Below, piece after piece: positions 47,319 to 58,473 of a stretch of DNA of 64,000 nt. Origin of the DNA: a virus; the IMG/VR virus record IMGVR_UViG_3300034062_002410, positions 21,293 to 85,292 of that record. One strand, written 5' to 3'. Within the stretch, counting starts at the first letter, position 1, and each line of letters starts with the position of its first letter. The position numbers and the translations under genes are program-made. The notes beneath the pieces are model-generated. The model had not been told where the DNA came from and made no database searches. It saw only the letters and a list, made by a program, of their open reading frames with translations.

Positions 47319-47882
47319 ATGTCGGTAGAAATATTTGAAATCAATGGTTCAGTAGTTAGACCAGTAAAGGATATACTTCTCATATTTCCATTTAATGAAA
47401 TATGGGATAGAGATACAACTAAACATAAGTCAAGAGCTATTAATGAATTAGCTTATATTTATTATATTGTATCCCCAAAGAAATCTAATCCATATTCAGG
47501 TTATTCTAATGAACTTAGAGGTAAGAAAATTATTGAAGGTTTATGGAAAGAGAACATAGAAGAGTGGAAACCTGATGAGTTAGTAAAGGAAGGAGTTAGT
47601 ACTTATTCCAAATGGTTAGAAGAAGCTTCACCATCTATGAGATATTTTAATGCAGTTAAAAGTGGTGTAGAACAAACTATTAACTTTTTTCAAAATATAG
47701 ATTTTAATGAAAGAACAGATAAAGGTTTACCTGTATATAAAATTAGTGAAGTTATCCCTGCACTTAAGTCAGCTAATGAAGTTCTTAAGTCCATGAGTGA
47801 TTTACAGGAAAGAGTGGAACAAGAAGTTTATGAAAGTTCTAAAACAAAGGCAGGTAAAGAAATTAACCCATTTGAAAGATAA
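47319..47882 (+). CDS. Conserved crAss-like protein, terminase small subunit candidate
   Basis: IWDRD...A..ELAYIY...NPY; position upstream of terL. Confidence 0.45.
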   Translation: MSVEIFEINGSVVRPVKDILLIFPFNEIWDRDTTKHKSRAINELAYIYYIVSPKKSNPYSGYSNELRGKKIIEGLWKENIEEWKPDELVKEGVSTYSKWLEEASPSMRYFNAVKSGVEQTINFFQNIDFNERTDKGLPVYKISEVIPALKSANEVLKSMSDLQERVEQEVYESSKTKAGKEINPFER

Positions 47883-47908
47883 TTATTAAAATTTATAAAT
47901 ATAACATT

Positions 47909-48379
47909 ATGAAAAACAGATTGATAGAAGCATTTGATAGTGATGATATGAAATCTATGAGAGCTATGAAATCTAAACCTATGGGTATGGATATGGGTAT
48001 GACTATGTCTAAAGATTGTAGTGGATTTATTTCTATGTTGTTTAAAGCTAAAGAAGATGCTCATATTACTCATATTGAACAAAGAAGTAGAGCATTAGCT
48101 CCTCATGAAGCTTTATCTATTTTTTATACTGGATTAGATGAAAGATTAGATACTTTTGCTGAAACAGTAATGGGGATACATGGTCAACTTACACTTTCTT
48201 TTTCTGCTAGTGCTATATCTAATCCTTTGTCTTATATGGAGAATCTTTATACACAAGTTACTAAAGAAAGAAATATGTATGAAGAAGGATGGATTCAAAA
48301 TCAATTAGATGAAATTCTTCAACTTATAGCACATACTATTTATAGGTTAAAATATGTAACTACTGCTCCTGGACAATAA
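47909..48379 (+). CDS. Ferritin/Dps-like four-helix protein (DUF5856-like)
   Basis: AHITH, HEAL..FY..L...LD.FAE..MG..G, NQLDE...IY.L. Confidence 0.65.
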   Translation: MKNRLIEAFDSDDMKSMRAMKSKPMGMDMGMTMSKDCSGFISMLFKAKEDAHITHIEQRSRALAPHEALSIFYTGLDERLDTFAETVMGIHGQLTLSFSASAISNPLSYMENLYTQVTKERNMYEEGWIQNQLDEILQLIAHTIYRLKYVTTAPGQ

Positions 48380-50451
48380 TGAGTAAACTCCAGTCTATAA
48401 GAAACAAAGATGGTATTTGGGTTAATACAGAAGTGTTTAGAGAAGAAGCTAGACACTTTGAAAAGTATGGATATTATTGTCCTGACCCTTGGGGTTCTCC
48501 TTCTTGGCAAGGATATTGGGAAGAGCAGTTTAAAAGAACAGTTGAAGGATATGAAGTAGGAGGAGTTAAGATAACAGGTGACCATTACTTTTATATGAAC
48601 TTCTGTCCTATCATGAGGGTAGAGAAAGGAGCATCAGGTAGAAAGGCAAAGAAGTTAGCAGGATTTCCTGACTTTTGGGATGGTGATTATAATTACTATT
48701 GGGCAACTGAAATAGCTTATAATGGATTAACTAGAGAAACACTTAATAGTCTTCAATTAGAAGTAAAAGTAGAAGATGAGTTCTTAGATGGTGGTAGACA
48801 TATTATAGTAGGTAAATCAAGACGTAAAGGTTACTCATTTAAGAATGCTGCTAAAGTAGCTAATATATATAATAGTGTTAGAAACTCTCTTTCTATTATT
48901 GGTGCTTTTGAAAAGAAGTACTTATACCCTGAAGGAACTATGGGTATGGTTACAGACTATCTTAACTTTTTGAATGAGCATACTGGGTGGAGAAAGAATA
49001 GAGATTATATTGATAAACAAGAACATAGAAAGGCATCATATAAAGAAGTGTTAAATGGTGTAGCTATTGAGAAAGGTTATCAGTCACAAGTTATAGCAGT
49101 AACTTTTAAAGATAATCCAGATGCTGCTAGGGGTAAAGATGCTAAGTATGTACTGTTAGAAGAAGCAGGTAAGTTTCCTAACCTCAAGGATTCATATATG
49201 GCTACTGAACCTACATTGAAAGCAGGTAAGTTTATAACAGGACAGATACTTATATTTGGTACAGGTGGTGATATGGAAGGTGGTACAGTAGATTTTGCTG
49301 ATATGTTTTATGACCCAGCAACTTATAACTTAATGCCATTTATTAATGTATGGGATGATAATGCAGAGAATACAAAGTGTGGATTTTTCCATCCTGTATT
49401 TTGGAACATGGATGGTTTTTATGATAAACAAGGTAATTCATTAAGGCAAGAAGCTATAAATTATGAAATAGAAGAAAGAGAAAAGATATTAAAGAACTCA
49501 TCTAATGGTACAGGAGTTATTCAAAAAAGAGTACAAGAATATCCTTTAAAACCTAGTGAAGCTTTTCTTACTGTATCTACTAATGACTTCCCAATTACTG
49601 AACTTAGAAATAGATTAAATATTATAGAAAGAGAAAAGGTGTATGATAAGAAAGGTCAACCTGTATATTTGAGTAAAGAAGAAGGTAAGGTTAAAGCTAC
49701 ACCTGATTTAAGAAATGAATTAGAACCAGTATGGCATTATAAACCTAAGACATTAAGTTTAAGTGGTTGTCCTGTAATATATGAATATCCTGTATCTAAT
49801 GCACCTAAAGGATTATATAAGATAGGATATGACCCTTATCAACAAGACCAAAGTGCAGGTGCATCATTAGGTGCTGTATATGTTTATAAAGGTGTTACTA
49901 CTTTTTCTTATAGTAGAGATATGATAGTAGCTTCTTATGTAGGTAGAATGAAAACTGCTGATGATACTCATAGGATAGTAGAGTTGTTAGCAGAACTTTA
50001 TAATGCAGAAATAATGCATGAGAATATGATTAGAGATGTTAAGTCATATTTTGAAAAGAATAGAAAGTTACATCTATTAGCTGCACAACCTGATGCTGTT
50101 ATATCTAAGACTATTAAAAATTCTAAAGTAGCAAGGATATATGGTATTCACATGAATAGTGAGTTAAAGGATGCAGGTTCTAAATATATAAAGCAATGGT
50201 TATTAAAAGAAAGAGATGTAGATGAATTTGGAAATAAAGTATTAAATTTGGACTTGATATCAGACCCAGGATTGTTAGAAGAATTGATATTATTTAATAA
50301 GAAAGGAAACTTTGACCGAGTAATGGCATTTATGATGATTATGTTTCAGTTAGAGGAAGAAGGTGAAAAAGTATTTACTGAAAACTCTAATAAGAATAAA
50401 TCTGCTATTGCATTATTAGAATCTTATAAAAATTGGTTTAAAAAAGATTAA
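48379..50451 (+). CDS. terL: Terminase large subunit
   Basis: KSRRKGYS Walker A, LLEEAG Walker B, FGTGG, nuclease GYDPY and FDRVMA. Confidence 0.93.
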   Translation: MSKLQSIRNKDGIWVNTEVFREEARHFEKYGYYCPDPWGSPSWQGYWEEQFKRTVEGYEVGGVKITGDHYFYMNFCPIMRVEKGASGRKAKKLAGFPDFWDGDYNYYWATEIAYNGLTRETLNSLQLEVKVEDEFLDGGRHIIVGKSRRKGYSFKNAAKVANIYNSVRNSLSIIGAFEKKYLYPEGTMGMVTDYLNFLNEHTGWRKNRDYIDKQEHRKASYKEVLNGVAIEKGYQSQVIAVTFKDNPDAARGKDAKYVLLEEAGKFPNLKDSYMATEPTLKAGKFITGQILIFGTGGDMEGGTVDFADMFYDPATYNLMPFINVWDDNAENTKCGFFHPVFWNMDGFYDKQGNSLRQEAINYEIEEREKILKNSSNGTGVIQKRVQEYPLKPSEAFLTVSTNDFPITELRNRLNIIEREKVYDKKGQPVYLSKEEGKVKATPDLRNELEPVWHYKPKTLSLSGCPVIYEYPVSNAPKGLYKIGYDPYQQDQSAGASLGAVYVYKGVTTFSYSRDMIVASYVGRMKTADDTHRIVELLAELYNAEIMHENMIRDVKSYFEKNRKLHLLAAQPDAVISKTIKNSKVARIYGIHMNSELKDAGSKYIKQWLLKERDVDEFGNKVLNLDLISDPGLLEELILFNKKGNFDRVMAFMMIMFQLEEEGEKVFTENSNKNKSAIALLESYKNWFKKD

Positions 50452-50462
50452 CTATATTAACT

Positions 50463-52901
50463 ATGATAACTAATTCTGATGGTAATTTTAGTGTTGCAAT
50501 GCCTAAACATAGGGTAACAAGAGCACAAAAAAATGCTGACAATAAACATTGGTATAAAAATAACTTAGACTTTTTAGATAAAAGGTCATTTTCACAAGTA
50601 GGTTTTAATGGATATGGATTAGATACTTTTGATACTAATGGTGTATCAGAGTATAAAAGGATGAAAGTAAATTATGACTTGTTTAATAATATTATTAACA
50701 TTCGTGATTTTGAATATGTAACTAAACCATTTGGGGCACAAGCAGGAGAACTACCTGCTAACTTTGTTAATAGAGATATTATATCTCCTAAAATAAAGAT
50801 GCTTTTAGGTATGGAAATGAAAAGACCTTTTTCTTGGAAAGTATTTGCTGTTAATGAAGAAGCAACTACAAGAAGAGAACAAGAAGAGTTTAGTAGAATG
50901 AAAGATTTTGTGGTTTCAGAAATAATGAAACCTATAAGAATGGATATTGAAAAGAGGGCAATGGAAGAAGCTCAAGGTCAAGAACTCACTCCTGAACAAC
51001 AGCAACAAATACAACAAAAAATAGAAGAAGAGTTAAAAGCACAAACTCCTGAAGAAGTAAAGAAATATATGTTAAGGGATCACCAAGACCCAGCAGAAGC
51101 TTTAGCACATCAGCTATTAGAATATTTGATAAATAAAGAAGATATACCTACTAAGTTTAATCAAGGATTTAAACACTTGTGCATTAGTGCTAAAGAAGCA
51201 TATTGGGTAGGAGTATTAAATAATGAACCTGCAATGTCAGTTATTAATCCTCTTTACTTTGATTATGATAAGTCACCTGATTTAGAATTTATTGAAGAAG
51301 GAGAATGGGCAGTATGTGTATATAGGATGTCACCATCAAGAGTAGTACAATATTTTGGTGATGAGTTATCTACTGCTGAGATAGATAAGATTTATTCTTA
51401 CTATACTCAGAATATGAATCATGTTGTAGATGCTAACTTTACTTTTAATGTAAATAAAGAAGATGAAGGATGGACTGTAAGGGTAGTACATGCTACTTGG
51501 AAAGCATTAAGAAAGATTGGGTTTTTATCTTATATGGATGCTAATGGTGAAATACAAGAAACATTAGTAGATGAAGGTTATACACTTAATAAAGAACAAG
51601 GAGATATATCTTGTAAGTGGGAATGGATACCTGAAGTATATGAAGGATACAAGATAGGTGTAGATATTTATGTTTATTTAAGACCTGTACCTGGACAGTT
51701 TAAAGACATTAATAATCTTTATAATTGTAAACTTCCTTATATTGGTGCAGTAATGGATACTACTAACTCTTTACCTACATCATTTGTAGATAGAGTAAAA
51801 GCATATCAATATTATTATGACATTATAATGTATAGGATAGAATTACTAATGGCATCAGATAAAGGTAAAATACTTATGATGAACATTGGAATGATACCTG
51901 AGAGTGCAGGTATAGATGTAGAGAAATGGTTATACTTTGCTGAGTCTTCTAAGATAGGATTTTTAAATCCTAATGAAGAAGGTAATAAAGGTGATTATTC
52001 TATACCTAATGCTGTTAAAGAAATAGATATGTCATTAGCTTCTGATATTCAGAAGTATATTAACTTAGCTGAATATATTGAAAGAAGAGCAGGTATATCT
52101 ATTGGTATTCCACCTGAAGCTGAAGGTCAAATTGGACCTAATGCTGCTGTTACTAATACTAAACAAACTATGGTTCAAAGTTCTCATATATTAGAACCTG
52201 TATTTGAATTACATAATCATGTTAAAAGAGCAGTATTAGAAAGGTTATTAGATACAGCTAAAGTATGTTATACAGAGAATCCTAACTTAAAGTTGAATTA
52301 TATATTAGATGACTTTTCTCGTAAAATGCTTACAGTAGATGCTGACTTATTAGATAATTCTTCTTATGGTATATTTGTTTCTAACTCATCTAAAGCACAT
52401 GAAGTTAAAGAGCTTATATCTCAATTAGCTCATGCTGCAATGCAAACTCAAAAGATTGATTTATCTGATGTTATTAAAGTTATAAGAGCAGAAGGAGTTC
52501 AAGAAGCTGAAGAAATGTTAATGGCATCTGAACAAAGAAAGAGAGAAGAAATGCAACAACAGCAAATGCAGCAGTTAGAAAAACAACAAGAAATACAACA
52601 ACAAGCACTTACTCATGAAAAAGAAATGAAGATGTTTGATAGAGAAACAGAGATGATGAAAGAAAAAATGAAGACTGATAGAGAAATACAAAGTCAAACT
52701 ATTATGTCTTTAGGTTTTAATGAAGATAAGGATGTAGATAAAGATGGCAAGTTAGATATATTAGAAGTTGCTAAGCAAGGAGTAGATGTAGATGTAAAAC
52801 AAAGAAAGCAACAATTAGATGAAGAAAAGTTTAGACATCAAAAAGAGATGGATAAAAAGAATGCTGAGTTAGAAACTAAAAAGCTAAATAATAAAAAGTA
52901 A
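50463..52901 (+). CDS. Portal protein
   Basis: 812 aa after terL; IISPKI..LLG, coiled-coil Q-rich C-terminus and EF-hand-like DVDKDGKLD, typical of crAss portals. Confidence 0.85.
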   Translation: MITNSDGNFSVAMPKHRVTRAQKNADNKHWYKNNLDFLDKRSFSQVGFNGYGLDTFDTNGVSEYKRMKVNYDLFNNIINIRDFEYVTKPFGAQAGELPANFVNRDIISPKIKMLLGMEMKRPFSWKVFAVNEEATTRREQEEFSRMKDFVVSEIMKPIRMDIEKRAMEEAQGQELTPEQQQQIQQKIEEELKAQTPEEVKKYMLRDHQDPAEALAHQLLEYLINKEDIPTKFNQGFKHLCISAKEAYWVGVLNNEPAMSVINPLYFDYDKSPDLEFIEEGEWAVCVYRMSPSRVVQYFGDELSTAEIDKIYSYYTQNMNHVVDANFTFNVNKEDEGWTVRVVHATWKALRKIGFLSYMDANGEIQETLVDEGYTLNKEQGDISCKWEWIPEVYEGYKIGVDIYVYLRPVPGQFKDINNLYNCKLPYIGAVMDTTNSLPTSFVDRVKAYQYYYDIIMYRIELLMASDKGKILMMNIGMIPESAGIDVEKWLYFAESSKIGFLNPNEEGNKGDYSIPNAVKEIDMSLASDIQKYINLAEYIERRAGISIGIPPEAEGQIGPNAAVTNTKQTMVQSSHILEPVFELHNHVKRAVLERLLDTAKVCYTENPNLKLNYILDDFSRKMLTVDADLLDNSSYGIFVSNSSKAHEVKELISQLAHAAMQTQKIDLSDVIKVIRAEGVQEAEEMLMASEQRKREEMQQQQMQQLEKQQEIQQQALTHEKEMKMFDRETEMMKEKMKTDREIQSQTIMSLGFNEDKDVDKDGKLDILEVAKQGVDVDVKQRKQQLDEEKFRHQKEMDKKNAELETKKLNNKK

Positions 52902-52969
52902 TTTAAAAACATTAATCAAATCCACTATATTTTTAAGATTAAAACTTAAAGATATTTAATTTTCAAACT

Positions 52970-52977
52970 TAAATTTG
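52970..52977 (+). promoter_or_regulatory. Bacteroidota -7 box upstream of scaffold/capsid genes
   Basis: TAAATTTG. Confidence 0.4.
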
Positions 52978-52987
52978 TGTTATTATT

Positions 52988-54076
52988 ATGAGTACAGAAA
53001 AAGAAATAAGTTTAGCAGATTTTAATTGGGATAATGGTGATGAGTTTTTTAGTGTACCTTCTAATGAAGGTACTCAACAAACTGAAACATCAACAAAACC
53101 AAATAAGTTAAATGAAGTAACAGAAGAAGATGAACCATCTAAATTAGCTAAAGATAAAGATGATGCTGAAGAAGTAGATGAGTTTTTTGATGAAGATGAA
53201 GATAATAGTTTTAAACCTATTTCTTCTGAATGGTCAAGTATTTATAAAGAACTTAAGACAAGAGGAATTATAAATATTGATGTTGAAGATGAATCTCAGA
53301 TTGATGCTGATAGGTTTATTGAATTACAGGAAGAAGAAATAGAAGCTAGATTAGATGAAACTATTCAAGCTTTTATGGATGAATTAGATGAAGATGGTAA
53401 AGCATTCTTAAAGTTTAAAAAAGAAGGTGGTAATACTAAAGATTTCTTTAAGATATATTCTGAAATAAGTGAAGTACCTACTCCTAATTACAATGATGAA
53501 AAATCACAAGAGAAGTTTTTAAGATACTATTATAGTAATTATGAAGACTTAGATGATGACGATGTTGATGATAAAATTGATTGGTTAAAGGAATCAGGTA
53601 AGCTTTCTAAATATGCTCAAAAGTTTCATGAGCAAATAGAAGAAGATAATGAAAAAACAAAAATAGAAACTATTGAAAAACAAAAAAGATTTGCTTTTCA
53701 ACAAGAGGAACAGAAGAAACAATTAGTAAAAGATTTAAAACAAACTATTGATTCTTCTAATGAAATAAAGAATTGGACTTTAACACAAAGAGATAAGAAG
53801 GAATTACATGGGTATATGACTAAACCTGCAGTTAAGATAGGTAATAATCAGTTCCTTACACAATTCCAAAATGATTTACAAAATGCATTTAAGGATAAGA
53901 GTAAAATGATTTTGTTGGCTAAAATATTATCTTCTGATTTTGATGTAACAGACATTAAAGAGAAAGCAAAAACAGAAGTAATTAAAGAAACAAGACAAAA
54001 AATCAGTAATCAAAAACTCAATCCATCAACAAGCACAAAAGGTTCTCGCAATAAAGGGTTAGCAGATTTCTTTTAG
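52988..54076 (+). CDS. Capsid scaffold-like acidic protein
   Basis: Very acidic and helical; between portal and MCP. Confidence 0.65.
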   Translation: MSTEKEISLADFNWDNGDEFFSVPSNEGTQQTETSTKPNKLNEVTEEDEPSKLAKDKDDAEEVDEFFDEDEDNSFKPISSEWSSIYKELKTRGIINIDVEDESQIDADRFIELQEEEIEARLDETIQAFMDELDEDGKAFLKFKKEGGNTKDFFKIYSEISEVPTPNYNDEKSQEKFLRYYYSNYEDLDDDDVDDKIDWLKESGKLSKYAQKFHEQIEEDNEKTKIETIEKQKRFAFQQEEQKKQLVKDLKQTIDSSNEIKNWTLTQRDKKELHGYMTKPAVKIGNNQFLTQFQNDLQNAFKDKSKMILLAKILSSDFDVTDIKEKAKTEVIKETRQKISNQKLNPSTSTKGSRNKGLADFF

Positions 54077-54096
54077 TTTAACAAAAAATTTTTAAA

Positions 54097-55551
54097 ATGG
54101 CACAATTAAATAATAAGTTAATAACCAAGCAAATGCCTTGGCATGCTAACATGACAGACCTCAATCACTTGGGTGCTGCTCTCATTGCTAAGCCACATGT
54201 ATTTGAATCAGTAATGACTAAGCTGTTTACAGCTACACGTTATTCTGATAATCCAATGACTTACATTCTATCTTCTACTGCAAAAGAAGAAGAGATTACT
54301 TCTAATGAATGGGAATGGGGTCTAAGAACAGGTTCAACAAGACCACTTGTTGTAATTGAGAATGTAGAACTTGCAGCTAATACCACTCCTGGTAAGTTGA
54401 AGCAAACATTTAAAATTAAACTTGATGAAAATTGGTTTGTACCAGGTGATATTATTCATCCAGGTACTACTAATAAAAAGTATCAAGTGCGTATTCAGGA
54501 AGAACCTTACAGACATGGTAAAGGTTGGGTTTACACAGTAAGATTGATGTCAGACAATGGTGCTGATTTCCTTCCTGTTTCTTACCTATCTCCTGGTACT
54601 CAATGGGCAAAACTATTTTCTCAATATGAGGAAGCAGGTGAACAGAGTGGTTCAACTCAGTATTCACTTCCTATTACATTGAGAAATAGACTTTCTCGTT
54701 TTAGAAAGAAATACCAAATTACAGGTGATGCACATAATCAAGTACTTGCTGTTAAGGTTCCAGACCCTAATGGTAAAATGCATGACACTTGGATTAAATA
54801 TGCTGAAGTTGAATATTGGATGCAATGGTACAAAGAACTAGAGAGAGGTTATTGGTATTCTCGTAGTACAGATTCTGTACTTGGTGCTAATGGTAGACCA
54901 ATCTATTCAGGTCCTGGTATTCAAGAGCAACTTGAAGATTCTCACATTCATCGTTATACTCACCTTACTGCTACTCTAATTGAAGAGTACTTGATGGACA
55001 TTTTCTACTCTCGTGTTAAACCTGGTGGACAACGTAAAATCAAAGCATTTACAGGTGAATATGGTATGATTATTTTCCATCGTGCAATCCAAGATTGGAT
55101 GGAGAAAAAAGGTTTCATTCAAGTTGTAGACCAATTGTTTATTGACAAAACTACATCTCCTTACAATGACCAAGCTCTTGCAGCAGGTTATCAGTTTGTG
55201 AAATATAGAATGGCAAATGGTGCTGAGCTTGAACTAATCCATAATCCATTGTATGATGATAGAGAGATTAACTTTGAGATTGACCCAGTTACAGGTTATC
55301 CTACTGAATCAATGAGATTTACTTTCCTTGATTTCTCAGGAGAAAAAGGAGAATCTAATGTCAAGCGTATTAAGAAAAAAGGTGGTATGTCATTGATTTA
55401 TACTGCTGGTCTTGTTACACCTTATGGTCCTGTAAACAATAAACTTGCTTCTCACTCTGGTGACTACTATGAAATGCATGTTAAAGACCAATGTGGTATT
55501 CACATGGAAGATGTATCTCGTTGTGGTGAACTTATCCTTGCTCGTAATTAG
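54097..55551 (+). CDS. Major capsid protein
   Basis: 484 aa; crAss MCP-like motifs (EWEW, G.GWVYTVRL, GPGIQEQ, TGEYGM..F, HNPLYD); highly-expressed codon bias; strong terminator after it. Confidence 0.88.
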   Translation: MAQLNNKLITKQMPWHANMTDLNHLGAALIAKPHVFESVMTKLFTATRYSDNPMTYILSSTAKEEEITSNEWEWGLRTGSTRPLVVIENVELAANTTPGKLKQTFKIKLDENWFVPGDIIHPGTTNKKYQVRIQEEPYRHGKGWVYTVRLMSDNGADFLPVSYLSPGTQWAKLFSQYEEAGEQSGSTQYSLPITLRNRLSRFRKKYQITGDAHNQVLAVKVPDPNGKMHDTWIKYAEVEYWMQWYKELERGYWYSRSTDSVLGANGRPIYSGPGIQEQLEDSHIHRYTHLTATLIEEYLMDIFYSRVKPGGQRKIKAFTGEYGMIIFHRAIQDWMEKKGFIQVVDQLFIDKTTSPYNDQALAAGYQFVKYRMANGAELELIHNPLYDDREINFEIDPVTGYPTESMRFTFLDFSGEKGESNVKRIKKKGGMSLIYTAGLVTPYGPVNNKLASHSGDYYEMHVKDQCGIHMEDVSRCGELILARN

Positions 55552-55566
55552 TACTTTGTTTTCATT

Positions 55567-55595
55567 GGAGAGAGAGAAATCTCTCTCCATATTTT
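55567..55595 (+). terminator. Intrinsic terminator after MCP
   Basis: GGAGAGAGA-GAAA-TCTCTCTCC followed by ATATTTT. Confidence 0.75.
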
Positions 55596-55625
55596 ATATT
55601 CACTTTAAAGAAAAAGAAAGAAATT

Positions 55626-56435
55626 ATGTCAGAAAGAAATCCAAATTTTGTAGAATTAAGACCAATAGAAATATCTAAATGGCATGGTAAAACTGGTAAA
55701 GATGATTTTAGTCAAGACCAATCTTCACAGATACTTTATGATGCACAAACAGGTAAATATGCTACTGGTTTAACAACAGAAGAAGCACAAAAGTATGGTA
55801 GTTTAATGGGATTAGATTTAAGTGATACTTTTAATCCAAATAAACCACATGAGTTTTGGGCAACTAAAGTAGCACAGTTAAAGTTTCCTAATAGAACTTT
55901 AGTATTAGATATTTCTAAACCATTGGAATTTATTAAAGTTAAAAACTATAAAGCTTCACCTTATGTAGCTAATTCAGAAAAAGAATATCAGGAAGGTAGA
56001 TGGCCTTTAGCAACACATATTCTTTATGATGAAGGAGAACACATTGAGATTGAAGCTCACAGATTGAATAAAAAGAAAGATGCTTATAAGATATTAGATA
56101 AACTTACTAAAGAGCAAAAAGTATCATTAGTACAAATCATTCTTGATATTTCAGTAAGAAAACAATCTAATGAATTTATTGAAGTTAAGATTGCTGAGAT
56201 TATTGAAGGAGAATATATAAATGAGTTTTTAAAATATTCTAAAATGGATAAAAACCAATTATATATTAAAGGTATGGTTACTGAAGCTTTATATAAAAAT
56301 GTTCTTACTAAAGAAGGTGCAGGTATTTATTACATGGGTGATATACTTGGACACAGTATTGAAGATGTTACAGATTACTTTGTTAATCCACAGAATCAAG
56401 AAATTAAAGCAAGAATTCTTGAGAAATTAAATTAA
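55626..56435 (+). CDS. Conserved crAss structural-module protein
   Basis: Position after MCP; ORF track. Confidence 0.6.
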   Translation: MSERNPNFVELRPIEISKWHGKTGKDDFSQDQSSQILYDAQTGKYATGLTTEEAQKYGSLMGLDLSDTFNPNKPHEFWATKVAQLKFPNRTLVLDISKPLEFIKVKNYKASPYVANSEKEYQEGRWPLATHILYDEGEHIEIEAHRLNKKKDAYKILDKLTKEQKVSLVQIILDISVRKQSNEFIEVKIAEIIEGEYINEFLKYSKMDKNQLYIKGMVTEALYKNVLTKEGAGIYYMGDILGHSIEDVTDYFVNPQNQEIKARILEKLN

Positions 56436-56458
56436 AATTCTAACTTGCTATATACAAC

Positions 56459-57178
56459 ATGGACATTAGAGCAATGCATTATGATTTAAAAGTCAAGCTT
56501 AATAAAGTAGACTCACAGCAATTTAGGAACTTAAAGGTTCCTGAAATTGACTGGCTACTTAATGAAGCTCAAGAAGTTTTTATCAAAAACATTGCTGAGC
56601 CAAGACAAAGAAATGGATTTGGTTTTGAAGTGAATCAGAGGAGTATAGATGACATTAGAACTATTGTTGTAAATAATCTAACTCCTCTTCCTGTTGTAGT
56701 TTTTGATAATATATCTTATAGGGTAACATTACCTACAAATTATTTATTCTTTGTATCAGGATATGCTTGTATATCCAAAGGAGTGTGTACAAATGTGAGA
56801 GCAAGGCTCTATTTAAAACAACATGATGACCTCCATGAAGAAAGTCCTTTTGATAAAAGTTCCTTTGAGTGGCAAGAAGTAAATTTCAGATTTTTTGAAA
56901 ATGGACTTAGGGTCTTTACAGATGCAACCTTTATTGTTAGTTCGATATGTGAATTTAATTACATTAAGAAACCTGCATATATGCAAAATGCTCAAGACTA
57001 TGTTGGGGGCACTTACAATTTACCTAATGGAACTGTTCTAACAGGTTTTACAAATTGTGAGTTATCAGAACATACTCATAGAGAAATTGTAGACTTAGCT
57101 GTTCTTATAGCTACTGGTCAAATGCAGATTCCTGACTATGAAATTAAACAAGCAAAAATTAGTCTTTTAAACAATTAA
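56459..57178 (+). CDS. Head-tail ring/adaptor protein
   Basis: LNKVDS, EIDWLLNEAQ, YIKKP, CEL...H.EIVDLAV pattern. Confidence 0.7.
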   Translation: MDIRAMHYDLKVKLNKVDSQQFRNLKVPEIDWLLNEAQEVFIKNIAEPRQRNGFGFEVNQRSIDDIRTIVVNNLTPLPVVVFDNISYRVTLPTNYLFFVSGYACISKGVCTNVRARLYLKQHDDLHEESPFDKSSFEWQEVNFRFFENGLRVFTDATFIVSSICEFNYIKKPAYMQNAQDYVGGTYNLPNGTVLTGFTNCELSEHTHREIVDLAVLIATGQMQIPDYEIKQAKISLLNN

Positions 57179-57189
57179 ATTAATTTAAA

Positions 57190-58416
57190 ATGAGTGCAAA
57201 TAATCCAGTTTTTCAAGTACTTGTACCTACTGGTGACCAAGTTGTTTTACCTGCTGGTTCTCCTGTAACCTCTCTAGCAGTTGGTCAAATTGGTGTATTC
57301 TCTGCTACTACAAATCTATCTCAAGATGCTACTACTATTGTAAATGAAAGAGCAATATTTTTAGCAGTAGGTGTAGATACAGCAGGTGGTTCTACATTAG
57401 ATGATGTAGCTACATCAGCAGGTCAAAACATTCCAAGAAATGATGTTGATGCTTATAGCTTTAGATGCTATAATCCTGAAAGACCTAACATTATTGATAT
57501 TACAAATTTTACTAACATTGCATGTGAAACCACATATTCATTTAAGGTAGAATTTAGAGGTAACTCTCAAGCATATCAAATGTATGGTTTCAATCAGTTT
57601 TCTAAGATTTTCTCTGTAACAACTCCTTGTTGTGGTCCTGGTTGTGATTGCCCAAGTGGTGATTGCAATAATCTTGCTTTACTTCTTTTCAATGCAGTAA
57701 ATGCTGATACAGATGAAATTATTAAAGCATCAATTATTGATTACACTACTACTCCAGGTACTCCAATTGTAGTTGCTACTATTGCTGATTACATTAATGG
57801 TACTGCTGCTGCAGATGTAGCTGCTTGGGTTGCAACTCCTGCTAATGCTGGTCTATGTCTTGGTATTCGTATTACAGATATTCCTTCTAAGGTTTATGCT
57901 TATTGTAATATTCCTTTGAGATATTACAAGAATGTAGAATTCCTTATGATTGTATCTTTAATTGACAACCTTAGCTGTGAAGCTAAATCTACTATCTTCC
58001 AAATTCCTTCATTTGGTGAAGGTCAAGGTAAAGACATTGGATGGTTGGAATATGAAGCAGGTGGTTACAATGGTAAACCTGGTCCTTACAGAGTAGGTGA
58101 AATGGCAGGTACTGCTATTGGTAACTTCCAAAGATTCTCTACTAATGCAGGTAAGTATAATCAGTTGAACTTGCACTATTCTCCTCAGATTGTAGGTGGA
58201 TGGGATGAGTACAAAAACAAGATGAATACTATTGTAGTTGCTGAATGTACTACAGGTGCTTCTGCTAATAATACATTTGCTACATTGCTTCCTGTACTTG
58301 ATGCTTTCTTTGAAACACAAGGATTTAAACCATTAGAAGATGCTCTTGATAATTGTGATTGTTCTACAGTTCAATTCACAAGTGCTTTCCCTGCTGATGA
58401 AAATGGTCTTGGTTAA
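57190..58416 (+). CDS. Abundant structural protein (auxiliary capsid protein candidate)
   Basis: Beta-rich, highly-expressed codon usage, followed by a terminator. Confidence 0.5.
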   Translation: MSANNPVFQVLVPTGDQVVLPAGSPVTSLAVGQIGVFSATTNLSQDATTIVNERAIFLAVGVDTAGGSTLDDVATSAGQNIPRNDVDAYSFRCYNPERPNIIDITNFTNIACETTYSFKVEFRGNSQAYQMYGFNQFSKIFSVTTPCCGPGCDCPSGDCNNLALLLFNAVNADTDEIIKASIIDYTTTPGTPIVVATIADYINGTAAADVAAWVATPANAGLCLGIRITDIPSKVYAYCNIPLRYYKNVEFLMIVSLIDNLSCEAKSTIFQIPSFGEGQGKDIGWLEYEAGGYNGKPGPYRVGEMAGTAIGNFQRFSTNAGKYNQLNLHYSPQIVGGWDEYKNKMNTIVVAECTTGASANNTFATLLPVLDAFFETQGFKPLEDALDNCDCSTVQFTSAFPADENGLG

Positions 58417-58419
58417 TAT

Positions 58420-58451
58420 AAGGGGAAGGTTTTCCTTCCCTTTTATTTTTT
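58420..58451 (+). terminator. Intrinsic terminator
   Basis: GGGAAGG-TTTT-CCTTCCC followed by TTTTATTTTTT. Confidence 0.75.
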
Positions 58452-58473
58452 AATTCTTTAAAAATTAAATAAA

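Noticed and set aside
38909-50451. Inteins or self-splicing introns in polB and terL
   Set aside because: Both are contiguous and of ordinary length, with no splice-junction or LAGLIDADG motifs seen
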